A DNA stretch of 50,429 bases, filler included, from Porpidia crustulata (Eukaryota), in the NCBI GenBank assembly GCA_964255105.1. It is 2 parts of 2 records of this genome, joined end to end, with 100 filler letters (N's around TTAATTAATTAA, not from the genome) between each part and the next. Parts side by side here need not be neighbours in the genome. Positions count along the whole stretch, not along the records: positions 1 to 25,251 come from CAXUWE010000051.1; 1 more part is not named here. One strand, given 5' to 3'. Under the pieces are notes generated by a model. That model ran no database searches. It was not told where the DNA came from and was given only the letters and a program-made list of their open reading frames with translations. Positions 10,285 through 24,502 of the stretch are shown piece after piece (the stretch's first letter is position 1; each line of letters opens with the position of its first letter). The position numbers were made by a program, and so were the translations under genes.

Positions 10285-10794
10285 AGCGAGCACGTGAGCA
10301 CTGTTCTAGCGCTTTGTTTCTTTGCTTGACACCTTGGCCTGCGAGGTCACCTTGCAAGATATTTTTGGGAGCTTGCCATCATGGTCATGGAGCAGCCACA
10401 ATATATTTGTTTCGGGTGCCAGATGCTAGGTCTCAGAGCACTGATGCAATCCTGCTGAGGATGTGGGGGCTCCTCGGGGTCCTATGTGCGGAAATTGCCG
10501 TTGATAAGATGGCGCTAAAGTATTCCAAATCCGTACACTTGCGCCAGTCCGTATCTGGCGCGTTTGGCTACTCTAGCATCTACGTGCCAGCTGCCGTTTG
10601 CTAGTCAGGTTGCTATTCTACATTTCATGATCAATCCCAATTAACATCGTACTGGCTTTCATATCTTCATATCTCCTGTCGCTACGGAGACACTCATGAT
10701 TGTCATTCTTGCCAGAAACTTCGTTTCTCCTACCGTCCCCCATAGTATACTTCGAACCTGAGCTCATCAACCTATCCACCCATACAAGGTCGCC

Positions 10795-12217
10795 ATGGCG
10801 AGTGGGGTGGTGATACCGTTCCTTGTGGCCATGATGCTGCTGACTGGTGTCTGCAACACCCTGCTTTCCAAATATCAGGTATACTCTAGGTAATTCGCAA
10901 TTCTGTGGAGTAAGCTGACTGGTAACGACCCAGGACCTTCAATGTGTTCGACACTGTGATTCCAAGGATCGTAAAGAACGTGTACTGTTCTCTCAGCCAG
11001 TGATACAAACGTATGTTCAATCTTAAGAATCTCCGACGCACGCTAACCGCACCAGGGCTCAAATGTTCATTGGCGAAATGGGCTGTTGGCTTGTTGTAGG
11101 AGGCTTTTACCTATACAAGCGCTACTTTTCTAAAGATGCTCCCATGTTGAAAGGTGGATATCAGCATTTGAATGAACACCGTCATACAGACGAGTCTGAA
11201 GACGAGGATGCAGAGTTGGAGCTCTCTCTCTCGGCGCAAGAAGCTGCTGGCCCTGCGATAAAACCACTGGTGCCAAACGCCGACGATCGGAAACCGCTCG
11301 TTGGGTGGAGAATCGTTCTGCTAGCATTGCCTGCTTGCTGCGATATTGCTGGAACTACTCTTATGAACGTTGGCCTGTTATTTGTGGCCGCCAGTATCTA
11401 TCAAATGACTCGGGGAGCTTTGGTCCTCTTCGTTGGCCTCTTCAGCGTCATTTTCTTACGCCGCAAATTATATCTGTACCAGTGGAGTGCGCTCTTCGTC
11501 GTTGTTCTTGGTGTAGCAATCGTTGGATTGGCAGGCGCTATCGCCCCGAATCCTCAGGCAAAGCCAGGACCAAGATCTCTTGTCGAATCAGGTGTTCTTG
11601 TTATAAGGGCCGCTGGCGACAATATCAAAACTATGGATCAAAAGGCGGAGGCATTGCAGACTGTCGTCGGGGTACTTATGATTGCCGGAGCTCAAATCTT
11701 CACCGCCACCCAGTTCGTGCTCGAAGAGTTCATTCTGGAGCAATATGCACTGGAGCCCTTGAAAGTAGTCGGCTGGGAAGGAACCTTTGGTTTGCTAGTC
11801 ACTGTCATCGGCATGTTTATTCTCGACCTTGCTATTGGAAGAACGGAGAAAGGACGGTATGGCTACTTTGATGTCCGAGAGGGCTGGAGGGAAGTCACTC
11901 ACTACAAAGCTGTCGCCATCTCTTCGATTCTCATTATGATTAGCATTGGAGGTTTCAACTTCTTCGGCCTTTCCGTCACGCGGACTGTTAGTGCCACCGC
12001 GCGGGCCACTATTGATACATGCCGTACACTCTTCATTTGGATCGTCTCACTCGGGTTGGGCTGGGAAACTTTTAAATGGCTCCAAATTCTTGGATTTGCA
12101 TTGTTGGTCTATGGAACGTTCTTGTTCAACGACATCGTGCAGCCTCCACTGCGGACTTGTATTCGGGATCGGAAACATGTTGAGCTTCTCCCTGAAGAAC
12201 CAATTGAGCACATGTAA
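10795..12217 (+). CDS. SLC35F6-like nucleotide-sugar/DMT-superfamily transporter, 440 aa
   Basis: Exons 10795-10878, 10934-11010 and 11056-12217; introns 10879-10933 and 11011-11055. Motifs MLLTGVCNTLLSKYQD, FSQPVIQTAQMFIGE, LPACCDIAGTTLMNVGL..ASIYQMTRG and FNFFGLSVTRTVSATARATIDTCRT. About 10 hydrophobic helices. Confidence 0.9.
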
Positions 12218-13575
12218 GCTTTGATCAAGCTCGAAGGGATCAAACACCTTTCTGTTTGCTTGGACCCTTGATGGGTAGTCATATGGAGTCCATTCGGTGC
12301 AGCTTCTATGGAAAGAGTGCTCAATGAGTTATGACGTTGTCAGTACCCCCAGTTCACAATCCTGCGAGACAATCGCATCGAATAGAGGAACTGGAATTAT
12401 ACATAATCCTCCTATCAGCCCCGGCAGCGGAGACTGCTTTCGCACAAATCAGTTCTTACGTGCTTCAAAGCATTAGCGCAAAGGATATTAGCAAATCTGA
12501 GCAGGTGAATTCGCCCTATACCATATCGACGCCTTCATAAGAAAATTTTCACATTCTCCGACAACGATCCTCTCACTTCGACTGCAGTAAACACCCGAGA
12601 TCTCGCTGCGATCAGCAAGTTTCACCTTGCTCTCCAAACCAATCTCTGATGCAGTCCGCTAGATATGCACTGTCCGGCGCTGCAGTCCACAGATCCCTCC
12701 AAATGGTTCGTAACATTAAATTCCAGCATTCCCTCATGTCATACGAGACGAACTTCACACCGAATCCCCTCAACCTTCGAAAACGTCACCACAAACCCTT
12801 TCGAGGAGAGCAACGTGTTAATTGGCCCGAACCATCCATCTTACCAACTCCAGCTAGCTTTCTTCGCCCCAGACCTGCAATAGTCAGAGGTCATGGACAT
12901 TCTGCCGATGGCGAGCTAGAGCGAATGAAATGGTGCAGAATCTGTGGAAAAGGGGCTTGGCGTACTCGGGAGATGAGAGGACAGGACGATGGCGGGTGTG
13001 AATGTAGTAGATTTTGATGTGAGGGGCTTGGTTGGTAGGATGGGACATAGAGTATTTGATCATTTCTAGATAAAGCCGAGAGTAGATAAATGGTGTAGAG
13101 CGCGATAAACGCCAAAAGAGTTGAGCGTAATGTAGAACCTTTTGTTGATACTGGCCTGTTTCACACCCAGAACAAGCTCTTACTGAACAACGAATGCGCA
13201 TTTTACATCAACGCCTAAACAATCCACCACCCTCCTTGATGGCGACATCAATGGTTTAGATACACATACCATTCAATCATGCGGGGGTCTATTATTCCAT
13301 CCCGACTTTTCAAGTGAGCAATAACCCCTAGCCAAGTAGCAACCCCAAGTCCAATAACAACCTCCCACCAAGCAACTCCCTGTAATCATATCAATAGCTC
13401 TAAAATAATGAACGCGTCGAGTGCCCCAAATATCCCACCCGCCGGCCTGTACTCCTGTTTCTAGCGAGGCAACCAACCCCCGTAACCCCAAAATATCACG
13501 GTGCCAAAATGACCCCATGTTCCTTCTGACCTTAGTCCCGCTTCAATAGCCGTCTTGTGAGTATACAGCACGGTC

Positions 13576-16500
13576 TCATAGCTTATCAGGAGCATACACC
13601 TTCAACCACTCGGTGCTTGGCGCAAATTCGTCCCTCCTCTCCTTTCTCTTGCCTGCCTTCGCCGTGTCCGGTGCCGGCGCATCATCAACGCTCCAATCCA
13701 TACCCGCAAGCTCTTGGTCCATATTCAAGGCCTCGAGGCTAGCCATGCCGTTTGGAAACCATTCGGTCGGCATCCAACTATTGCCGTCGGGCTCGAGACT
13801 GATATTGACGGCGTCGTTTTCGCTGATGTCACTTGGGCGCGGGCTGTTCTTGTCTGTGTTGCCGCTCGAAAGAGTGGAGTCTGGAGTGAGGGTGTGTTGG
13901 ATCTTGGACCATGGGCCAAGAGATTGTAGGCCTGAAAGGCCAGAGAAGACGGAGGTAATCACGGACGGAGAAATGCTGCTATTGGCCCAGGGGTCCTCGG
14001 CAATCGGACCAGGAGCCTTGGGCGTCACTTGCGCAGCTTTGGGATCCACAGCCTTGCTATCCTTGGGTGCCACTTTGGCATTTGCAATCTGCGGCACTTG
14101 TAGTAGGTTTGGAGCAGGCGAAGGACCCGTTTGCGTGGGAGCTCTAGTCATTGGCGTGGTAACCTCGTGTTTCACCATAGTCTGTCCTTGTGTCGACGTG
14201 GACTTCTTTATTGGGGGTACTTCGGAACTACGGCCTCCGTCCGATCCTGCAACATCAGACTGTTTCTTGCTTTTGCCGTTTTCGTCAAGGTTCAAGCCTA
14301 TCCGCATGGACTCGAGGCAAAATTCGAGAGGGTCGAGGAAATTGGGATGAATCTGCTTTTGGTGCGTATCGAGATCGGCTTGAGTCGCAAATTCCTCTCC
14401 GCTCATTGCGCAATCGGGGTCGGTGCATCTTATATTGACAGACCGAGGCGCCGTTTGTTGAACTTCCATGGCCTCGTTTTTCATCACTCGTGGGGATGCC
14501 TGGGGCGTGGAAGTCCCTCGAGGCAGGACTGGGGTCGAGCCTGCGCTAAGAGCTTGATTGCCCTTTCTCCTTTTGGCAGATGGGATCTGGAGCTTGTCTT
14601 GAGTTACCTCGTTAGGTCGGTCGCCATACGCTCGAGGCACACCATGTGGAGGCTGGGTCCCAAAGGAAAATGGTGGCTGCGTAGATGTTGGAGCCGCAGG
14701 AGGTCGACTGCTGTTATTGCTAGGATGCTTTTGCAATACTACGCCATTATTGCTGCCGTTTCTCTGCAGGTCGGCTGCTCGTACATTTTGTAGTGCCAAC
14801 TCGTGCTGCTGCAGGTTTGCGGCATTAAGCGCTGGTGTTTTCTCCTTGGGTGCTTGCGGCTGTAGCTGTGGCTGTGGCTGTGGCTGTGGCTGCTGCATGG
14901 GTTTTTGGTTCTGTACATGTCCTTGCGCCTGTGCATTTGCCTTTTGCGTCTGAATCCGATTCAACAGCCAAGCAAAGTATTTACTCAATGTTTTCGCCGC
15001 ACTGTCAAGATCTCCACAGGACATCGTAAAGTGGTCGCCTAGTTGTTCGAATTTGTTATCTCTGTATTGGTGTCCGACCAGTATATGCTAAGAATTGTTA
15101 ATGGCAATAAGTCATGGAGGGAGCTTTTATACATACCAGTCGAACCAGCTCCCGGAACACCTGCTCATCGGCAAGAAGGCTGAAGAAGATATGCAAGGCA
15201 CTTGGTATGCGGCTCATGATCTTTGAAGCCTCTTTCAGTATCTGAACCATCTTCGCTCTTGACTGAGGATCAACCATAATGGGATTCCCTCGCGGGGTGC
15301 TATGTGCTACCTCTGCACATATTCTTGGGAATTGATTTCCTTTTCGAGGCTGATCATCTGTACGCTGTTGTCCAATGTCCGTTTTGTCACCGGAGTTGGC
15401 GCCTATTCTACGCGACTGACCGGACGCTGGGCTGGCTACGCGGAATGCAGCCATTGGTCTTTGTGAGTCGACTGGCGCCCTCTGGCGCTGTGCATCGTTT
15501 TGTTGTACAACCCCAGGTCTTGACTGTGGTGTTACTTGCAATGTTTTCGGTGATTGAGCTTTCGAACCGGACGTTGGCAGATTGGGGTTTGGCACTTCGA
15601 CAACGTCATCGTTACTGCTACGCTTCGTACCTTTTTGGTTGAGTTGCCCTGATTTGGCAACTGTAGTCCCAGCCCGAGCTGGCTGCGAATGTTTGTCTTT
15701 AGCCGTTGGGCCTGGTCTCGGACTTGCTTGCGGCTGTTGTCCCTGGGTCACTGGTTGAGGAGCAAACCGCGCTTTTGCGGCCGCGGGTGTATGAAACTGG
15801 TTCTGTTGAGCTTGCTGTTGTTGCTGCTGGAGTCTTTGTGGTTGATCGAGTTGAGCTTGTTGCTGCGGAGTCATACCGGAACGACCTTGTTGAGCTGTCA
15901 GCATATCATTATGCCTGTGTCTGAGGATCCAAAGGCGGATCTGATCGTCTGTCCGCGACTTTAAAAGATCGGGTAGTCGAGCCTTTGCAGCTTGAATTTC
16001 TTGCACTGTTGGCTGAGGTAAAGGATGCGTCATGTTAGGCGTTGAGATGCGTGGAGTCCCAGAGCTCGTCAAAGGCGGCTGATTGTTTGGAGATGGGATC
16101 ATTTGTGCTGTCTGAGCTCGAGGTTGTGGATTTCCTTGAACCTGAGCTTGTCCAGGGGTATTGGGTCCCATTTGAGGGCCTTTGGCGAGACCCTGATAGT
16201 GGAGACCTTGAAGCCCTCTTAATTTACTTAAAATCCCTTGAGGTACTGTGCCTTGATTCTGCAGGACCCAACCTTTAAGCTGACCCCAAGTCTTGACTTC
16301 CTTGGGTAACGTCGAAGGTGCGCCAGTGATATTGAGAATGCCCGCTGGAAATTTTTGGCGATCCATTTGCTGTGCCTGTTCCTCTGTCAAAGCAATACCA
16401 GCAGGGTGCGCAATTCTTTGTTGGTTAATCAGGCTCACGTTCGATTGCTGTGGTGGCTGTTGCCTCTGATGTGGCAGACTCTGCTGTCCTACGGACGGCT

Positions 16501-18416
16501 GTACCATGCCTGGCGGTTGACTCCCATTGCCATTCTGTATATTTGATGTTTGGCGAGCCATCGTTTGACCGTTTTGAGTTCCTGCAAAATGGGGCCCAGG
16601 CTTGCTTACTTGCTCCTGTGTGAGCATAGGATCTGCCAGGCCTTGTGATCTTGTGTTAGCCTGTTGTACGCCGCGGTGGTGCATCATTTGTTGTTGGCGC
16701 CGGTGTACTTGCGTAAGGAACAGGGTCCGTTGCTCTTGAGGCATGTTTTCCAATTGCTGTTGCATTGCAGGAGACATGTTGAACATAGGCTGCCGAGAGC
16801 GTTGCTGGCCAGCATCTAGGCGCTCGGCTTGACTGAATGGTTGTGCCCCTAAATGAGGGTTTATCTGGCTTGGATCATTTTGCTGGTTAGGCTGAGATCG
16901 CTGTTGAGGCCACATATTTGCCGCTTGTGCCTGTTGATTGGGAGATTCCAACGCCCTGTTAAGATTAGGCATATTGGGATCCTGTTGCGGTGTACGTCCA
17001 GGTGTATTGAGACTATTAAGTTGGCCTTGCAGGTTGTGCTGAGGGACTTGGTTGGGCATAACGCTATAATTGTTCGGTTGAGTTTGCATCGACATATTGG
17101 GTACAAGCTTAACAGCTGACTGCGGCGGATAGAATATTTGTGGAGGGTTCTGCATTTGACGGGCCCCGTTGACTTGATCGACGGGCTGCTGCATGCTCCC
17201 ACGCGTTGTTACTCTCTGCTGTTCAGCGATAGCCTGACTACTTGCTGGTACTACCACATGACCAGCTTCCTGTGAACGCAGTGCCTCCTGTTGCCGCACG
17301 AACATCTGAGACGAATCAAAGCTTTGGTGCGGAAGCACACCGGCAGCCTGAGTTACTGGGTTCTGGAGCGGAGGTCTCGGCTGCTGTTGTGCCAGCCCAT
17401 TTCCCAAAGCTCCGGCCACTTGGTTCCGTTGAGCGGCGTGCTGAGCCTTTTGGGCTGCATACCGATTGGTGGCCTGGCGACGGAACCACTGCGTCAACGG
17501 GTCCGTGTGCTTGTTCGCAAAATCTTGTCGAGCTTCTGGAGTTGTATGCCGCAGCTTGTTTTGGATGAGCTCCATCTGTTCTTTGGGGGTGTTTTGGGCT
17601 AGAATCTGCGCCATTCGATTGATTTGCTGCTGTTCCTCAGGGGTGTAGACTGCTTGTCCGTTCTGGTGTGGAAAGTGCGACGGTGGATGGTGTTGAGTTT
17701 GCACTGGCTGTAAGCTTGAGTGCGGGTTGACCATTTGCGGCTGGTGTGATAACTGTTGTTGCATATGCGCCGAAGAGGGAGGCATCACCTGCTGCATTTG
17801 AGGGTTTTGGAACCCGGGCTGAACCTGCCCTTGATTCTGGGCTTGGACCATGCCTTGCATCTGCATCTGCATCTGCTGCGGACTCATATTCATTTGTTGC
17901 TGTAAACGCTGCTGCGTATTCTGTCCGTTCTTTCTACGGGTTTCATTGACTTCGTGCAACTTCTGGCCGCATGCTATGTCGTATGACGCCTTTTTGAGGT
18001 TTTAGCAGGCGCCCAAGATGTGAATTCAAGGAAGATATATCTTTCTCACCTCATCGGAACTTTCTCTGTATGTCTTCTGCTCAAAAGTGACTGCAATATG
18101 GATCGTCCGTGGAATTTCTAAGCCGCGGTTTATCAAGCGCAAAGACGAGACTCTGTACTCAAATGTGTAAGCATACAGCAAGCAGACGTTGGCAGATTCA
18201 GAGGTACGACAGTACGACTTACAGCTCGTAAATAATTTTGGTACGTTTTTGCAGAGACACTGACGCCTGCCATCCGGGGGGTATTTCCTGTTGCTGAAGC
18301 ACTTGGTAGATAAGCTGCTGTACGTTGATGTGCTGTTGTGGTATCATCTGCTGCTGCTGACTGCTTTGAGGGCCTGGCGGTGGCCCAACCATGCTCTGGT
18401 AGTTGGCCGGATTCAT
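13576..18416 (-). CDS. MED15: Mediator tail subunit Med15/Gal11-like, ~1,553 aa (N-terminal KIX domain, Q-rich)
   Basis: Exons 18416-18223, 18152-18050, 17989-15137 and 15087-13576; introns 18222-18153, 18049-17990 (AAG acceptor) and 15136-15088, all phase-compatible. The KIX-type segment reads PPGWQASVSLQKRTKIIYELVSSLRLI...AVTFEQKTYRESSDEASYDIACGQKL. It is followed by long Q/P-rich tracts and a C-terminal CxxxxC...HxxxxH zinc-finger-like motif. Confidence 0.8.
14861..14890 (+). repeat. Coding hexanucleotide microsatellite (TGTGGC)n encoding a (QP)n tract in Med15
   Basis: TGTAGC followed by (TGTGGC)4; the minus-strand translation is QQPQPQPQPQLQPQ. Confidence 0.8.
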
Positions 18417-19641
18417 ACCGTCACATTCACCGACAGACCTTGGGACTCCAGCGAGTCTTGGGTGAACAGCTTGTGTACTAGAAGGTGATCATACGTGAGG
18501 GTTGCGTTTTACGTGAAGCCGGACTTGAATGTGACAGATCTTTTTACTGGATTTCCTCCTTTCGCCTCGACAGTCGGGTCACACTGACAGGTGGAGATAC
18601 TTGACGCAGGACGTGCGGCTATGCTCTGACGCCCCAGAGATAAGTTTGAGGACCTGCTGACAAATCTACAAGATCGGTGTAGAGTCAGCAGCGTACAGAA
18701 TAGCAGTATAGCGAAGGGGATGAACGTAAAGATGCAATGTCGTTGTTAAGAAGAAGTAGCAGAGTTCGGAGGGGTAGCTGGACACTGGAATGTGAGGCGA
18801 AAGCGACCTTATTGAACATTTCAAATGGGCAACAATAGTAAAGCGGTCATCTTAATGGCCTATAGTGAGGCACAATGCTGAGTATTGCGTATCCGCCCAG
18901 GTTGTAGGGTGATATTAAAGAAAGGTATATTTGAGCAATATAGATTGTTAGTATATATGGTGAGGCTTTCGCAGAGTCGCAATAATGAGTTGGTGAATGG
19001 TAATTTTGTATATTAGCAGTAGTTAATCAATACCGTACGAGGATACTTTAAGTACCGTGGTACCTTTAGCACTAGGTTAAGGTAGAGGCAATAGCCGAGA
19101 TACTGCTCCGCACTCTCTGGATTGGCTTCTCACTAGCAATAGGTATTCCAAGACTAGAAAGCAGAGTCAGAATAAAGGATTGACAAGGCATGTCAGGACA
19201 TCTGCAGAGAACGTCGACAGCATCTCAACATATAGGCGTGAAGTACTTGCAGAGCAGATTGATGAAGAGGCCATTTGGAAGATTCGGATCTAGAGGAACG
19301 AAAGATAGCTTACCAAGTTTTGGAGTGTATGAAAAATGATAGTGTATGTGGACCCATATATACTCCCACACTCCGTGTCTTTATTTGTCTAGTTTAATAC
19401 CCAGAGACCGGAGTTACCGGGTAAGCTAAAACAATGAATACTCTTAGAATACCGTGGACTCAGAACATCCGAGTTACTTTATGATACGTAAGTATTCAAC
19501 TCCGAGTGCACAATGAGCACGCACGCACAATCAACTCCCAATCTAAATGCAGACACTCAAGTACGACTGCATCCACCTTTCCTTGCCATATGAAGATTCT
19601 TCGTCTTCGACAGATCGAGCTATCAGCTGTGGAAGCCAGAG

Positions 19642-21790
19642 ATGGCCACTTCAACGGGTTCCGACGCCTTTGCTCTCCTTGCCATCCTGACCATATCCTT
19701 CTGCGTGCTCCTTCTTTTGCGACATTTTCTTCCACTCCGAACCACCTCTACCTACCTGCTGCTTCCTATTTCCCTGGCATTAGCGCTGCCCATCAGCATC
19801 ATTCTCTTAGTACCCATAGACCTCGCATCAAGTCTCAGAGCCGCCGACGAAGCTTCCAGAGGGATTTGGCTCCCTGACCGCGTTATTTTGGTCGCGTGGC
19901 GTATTACCTATTGGTTGACATTTGCCCTGACATGGTAGGCAGCCATCACTTCGAGATAGCTTCGCCGGACCGATACTGACAGCTCGAAGGTTGATACTGC
20001 CATTGCTTGGTGAATATGTGGACTCGGGCTACAGAACGCCAAAAGATCGCATAATTTACTCTCTGAGGTCGAATGGCCGGTATCAGCTCACCATTCTTGT
20101 CTGTGGCATCGCTGGTCTTGGATACGTGTTTTGGCAAAATGGGTTCGAGAAAATCTCTGTAAAGGCGCTGGTGATGGCGCTGGCCTACTGCTGGGGGTTG
20201 ATCCTAGCAATTTACCTCATGGGTCACGGACTGGTTGCTATACCGAGAAGGCTCTATCGCAACGCCAATGTCAGTAGAAGACTGATGACAGTACAGTCAA
20301 GGGCACCCAAAGTCAACGACCAAGTCGCAGATGCAATCTCGGAGCTAGAAGAGTTGGAAGCGCAGGTAACCAAATTGGTGCAAAAGAGTGGTATCTCGCG
20401 GGATCACCAGGAATGGATCGACGAGCTGTCAGAGGATTCGAATGCGCCTAACTCCCGCCTTGTGGCTTCTGGGTCAAGTGTGAACAGTGCAGCGGTCCCG
20501 GTCGTGGTCACTGACCGATACCTAGCTGAATTATCAAGAAAATTGAATCGGTCTCGGCATAAACGTGTTCGGTATATGAAAGCCTGGGAACGCCTAGTTC
20601 AAGACGCCGCCGATCTTCAGGCTATTCTCGATGCATCTGCTTCCAAACAATTGGAATTTGGACAAGCCTCGCCACACGCTTTCTGGCTTAACAAAACCGA
20701 CATATTGGGACCATATACACGGTACTTGCTCTATTCGAAAGCAATACCCGCGGCCAGGCTCTCCCTTGCCGCGCTGCTTTCTCTGGCTTCAGTCTGTATA
20801 GTGTGGTCCGAGCTTGTCAAATTCCCAGCCCCAAGGCTCTCCATCATTGGCTTGACGGTGGTGTCTCGTCGAAAGGGTGGGGAAGAAGAAGTGGGACTCA
20901 GAGGTCAAATTACGGCTTCGCTGTGGCTCCTTTACATGTGTATAGCTGCACTTGCAAGTTTTGACGAGGTTAAGATTTGGGGTAATCGTGCGCTGGTCCG
21001 GCGGAATACGTATGGCGAAAGTGCTACTTGGTACTCTGGGCAAATCGCCAAACTCACCGTTCCTTTAGCCTACAATTTCGTAACATTCCTACCACGAGGA
21101 GTACATCGGGAAACGACGTTCTACAACTTTCTGGGTCGCCTCATCAACCTTACGCCGCTGGGGAAAGGGTTCGATTATTTCTTTCCAATGTTTATCCTAG
21201 TACCCGTCTTTGCCACGTTGTTGGGCGTATATAGTCGTGTCCAATACGCCTTCGGATACGGTATGATGGAAGATGACGGGGAGAGTCAACGCTCGGCCTT
21301 TGGTGGTGGAGGATGGAGGGAAGGTCGTGACTTGATTGAGCGAGAACTCAGTGGCGCCTCTCGTTTAGGACTCTCTCGCCGAACAAGGAGAGCGCCTCCG
21401 CCACAACCTTCGGATTACCGAAGGTCGATAAATGCCGGTAACCATTCAGACAACGCCTCTACGGCTTTCGAGCACCTTTCGACAGTACCCAGCGCCCGCG
21501 ACACCGCCTTGGGGGATACGGCGACGGGGCGGCAGCAAGCTCAAAGGCTTACCGATGCGACCCGTGCAGCGGAAGAAGTGGATGAGAACGTCTTTCAGGG
21601 CTTTGCACACCGGGTTCGAAACACGTTTGATACATTGGACAGCCCTGAATGGCTACCAGGTTTTGGGAAGCGACCAAAGTGGATGGGTGCAGTCGATGGT
21701 ACGGGTGAGAGCAGTGGACGGGCCGATTCAGGGCGTGGGCTGGGGAGATGGTTCGGTGGGAGGCCGAGAGATGGAAATCTACGATTATGA
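19642..21790 (+). CDS. LMBR1-family multi-pass membrane protein (LMBRD2-like), 697 aa
   Basis: Exons 19642-19934 and 19990-21790; intron 19935-19989 (GTAGGC...CTGAC...AAG). Motifs LLVPIDLAS, WRITYWLTFALTWLILPLLGEYVDSGY, MALAYCWGL..LMGHGLVAIPR and AKLTVPLAYNF. Confidence 0.9.
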
Positions 21791-22605
21791 TTCAACGATC
21801 AAGACTAGGAGCATAGCGATGGAGTTTTGTGGCTTCGAGGAATTTTGAGGCAAACGTGATGTGTCTAGACAGCATCTTGCTCGAATGAATCATACCGTCT
21901 CGAATACAATCAGCTGTTCGCCGTTGCCTTGTTTGTAACAGCCTCCGCGCGACATGTTTTGAAGTTCAGGAGAGTTCGTAATGATTTACTCCTACATGGA
22001 GAAGAAGAGGCTGGACTTGAGAACGTGGCTGGTGGCTGGAGAGCATCAGGGTGATAGGGAGCCCTGGTAGGGTTTAGTTACTATCTGGAAACGGCGAGCC
22101 AATTGCCGACTCATCAAGAGTCTTAGGAGTAGGAATACTTGTAAAGATAATCTCTTCTGCTTCTTAAGGGCTTGATGATGAGAAATGTCTTGATTTGATT
22201 GAACCCTACTTACCACTAAGTATCTGTACATATTGTTCATACCATCGTCTTCAGCAATGCCCAAGCGCCCAGTCGATCGTTGACTAACCTCCAGAATTAC
22301 CCAAGAGGCTTTTAAGCCTAGGACTATCCAAGCAGCGCACATTCATTCAAGAACCCAAGACGTCAATCGTCCACGTTCAACATAGCGACTGATTCCAGGA
22401 ACCCTCCCAATCGACGCAAGCTTTGTTTCCGACCTAGAAGAGCAGACAGTGCAACTCAGGCTACCGTGAACTTTACACCCCATTCGCTGTGGGAATCTGT
22501 CCCAAACAACATTGGCTCGTTGCCGGACCCTTTTGCAAAACTCTCGCAGGAGGAGGCGCAAGTGTATATAGGCCACTGTACGAGCATATATAAAAAAGGC
22601 ATTAA

Positions 22606-24502
22606 ATGATGGCCGCGGTGTCTACATTGCCGAACGGACGTGCTCTTGGCTCTCGACAAAGCAATGAGGGAGAGCGTAGACCTTGGGACTTTGTCCGTCC
22701 GGCTAGTCAAGACGTAAGTAGCTATTACTACCATGCGGACATTTGTATAACAGCGTTCACGTTAAGTGTTCAGCACGATAAGCACCTGCGATACTATAGT
22801 TTCACTTTTGTTGCGCCTATGCTAATATGCTCTACTACCATAGCGTGCCAACACCTCTTTCTCCAAACCCTTCCTCTCAAACAATCCGTCCTTTTCGCAC
22901 CCGAAGAATGATGTTCCAACACATCTGGTCAACGGCACTTCCCAAACCTACAAAGCCTCGACACAATCGGATGTACATGACCAGACCAAATCTGTTGAGC
23001 CCACCGATCCGTCAAGAGCAACACCCAACACAGAATCTTCTTACCTCTCGCCATATAAGATTGGGGGGCTGAGACCACCATTGAACGCTAGCAGAAGCGG
23101 TAGTGAGGCCGATAGTCTGCTAGATCTGTACGGTCGGCCCAGGAGTGGTATCGAGAGCATGGACAAAGCAGAGCGACTCAGCGCGACGGAAGATGTCTAT
23201 TTGGAAGAGGAAGACCCCGAACGGTCAAGATGGATACATCGGGATAAACTCCTGGCAATCGAAAGTCAAGAAATGCAAGAAGCAGGTATAAGACTTCCGC
23301 TGTCGGTGAGGTCGAATCGCAAAACTCAAGTACCCCGGGAAACCAGGACTGAAGAACAACACGACGGTCTACACAACCACAAATCGGATTTTACCAACGC
23401 ACGAGAAATACATAATCAAAATTCTGAGCCTCCATCACCGTTAGAAGACGAAGATGAAGGACTAGGCAACTTTGATCTCAGGACGCCGGAGGAGATCACT
23501 GCCGACTCCTACCCTACGTATAGTCCACTAACGTATAATCAACAAAGACTCCGATCTAGTTCCTCGCGTATACCATTGCCAAGAGATAGTCCTTTACCTA
23601 TTCCACAAGAGCATATAGAAAGGAACACACCAATACCGAGGAAGCGGGGCGCCAGCGCGAATTGGAATTCGGGAGATGACAATGGTATTGCATACGGCAA
23701 GGTCCGAAGGAGAAGCCAAAGCGTTGGGAGCTTGATTCTTCTGGATGATGGCGAACCTTTACCCAGCAGCCCGATTCCAGGAGCCGTATTCCCCAATAGC
23801 CCACAAAGTATCTCAACATCTCCTACCAAACCACGAGCGGCAGGCAAAGCGGGACTGTCGTCTGGCTCTCGTAGGACGTCAAGCAATGCACGCAATGTTA
23901 CCGACTCTCAGAAAACTCGATCTCCCACGACACCTCGAATAAGTTCCGGCCAGCGACCAACTTCGCGCTCCGGACTGCCCACTCGGCCCGCAACAGCCAT
24001 CAACCGACCAGAAGGCGATCCGCCATGGCTGGCAACGATGTTCAAGCCCAACCCTCGCCTACCGCCCGAGCAGCAACTCCTCCCCACGCACGCCAAGAAA
24101 CTCCAAGAAGAGCAGCAGCAGCACCGCGACAAAGAACGCGGTCCCGACCCGGACCGCCCAAAAGCATTTGCTCCCTTAGCCGTCCACACCAATAACGGCC
24201 TCCAGCCCCCTTCGCCCGCCCGAAGCCTCCACGACGAAGGTGAGAAACCCAAGGGAAACGGACCCGGATGGCCATTGAAGCCGCTGTCGACTACTTCCCC
24301 AAAACCCAGCGCCGGTCCGGGATCCGCGAGCCCGAGCCCGAGCCCGAACGCCGGGTACAGCACCATACCGCGGGTGCAAGGAACCCCACAGCTATCGAGA
24401 GCGCCGAGCCCGAAGCCCGTGGCGCAAACGACGGCGGTGCAGCAGCAGCAGCAGCAGCAAGTGCCCAAGGAGAAGGGCTGCGGCTGCTGCGTCGTCATGT
24501 AG
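22606..24502 (+). CDS. teaR: TeaR/Mod5-like prenylated cell-end marker receptor, ~588 aa
   Basis: Exons 22606-22713 and 22844-24502; intron 22714-22843 (GTAAGT...CTAAT...TAG) with the frame open throughout. Conserved blocks SRWIHRDKLLAIESQEM and NRPEGDPPWLATMFKPNPRLPPEQQLLPTHAK. The C-terminus KGCGCCVVM is a CaaX box with adjacent palmitoylatable Cys. Confidence 0.8.

Noticed and set aside
12324..13017. Possible small spliced gene or 122-aa ORF between the transporter and Med15
   Set aside because: An in-frame model needs a weak GTGCTT donor, starts only about 105 bp after the upstream stop, and gives no recognisable domain.
13613..14793. Long plus-strand ORFs (245 aa and 220 aa) antisense to Med15
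   Set aside because: These are shadow ORFs of a Q/P/S-rich coding strand, with no independent motifs or splice support.
22587..22597. TATATAAAAAA as the teaR TATA box
   Set aside because: It is only about 10 bp upstream of the start codon, too close to direct initiation upstream of the ATG.
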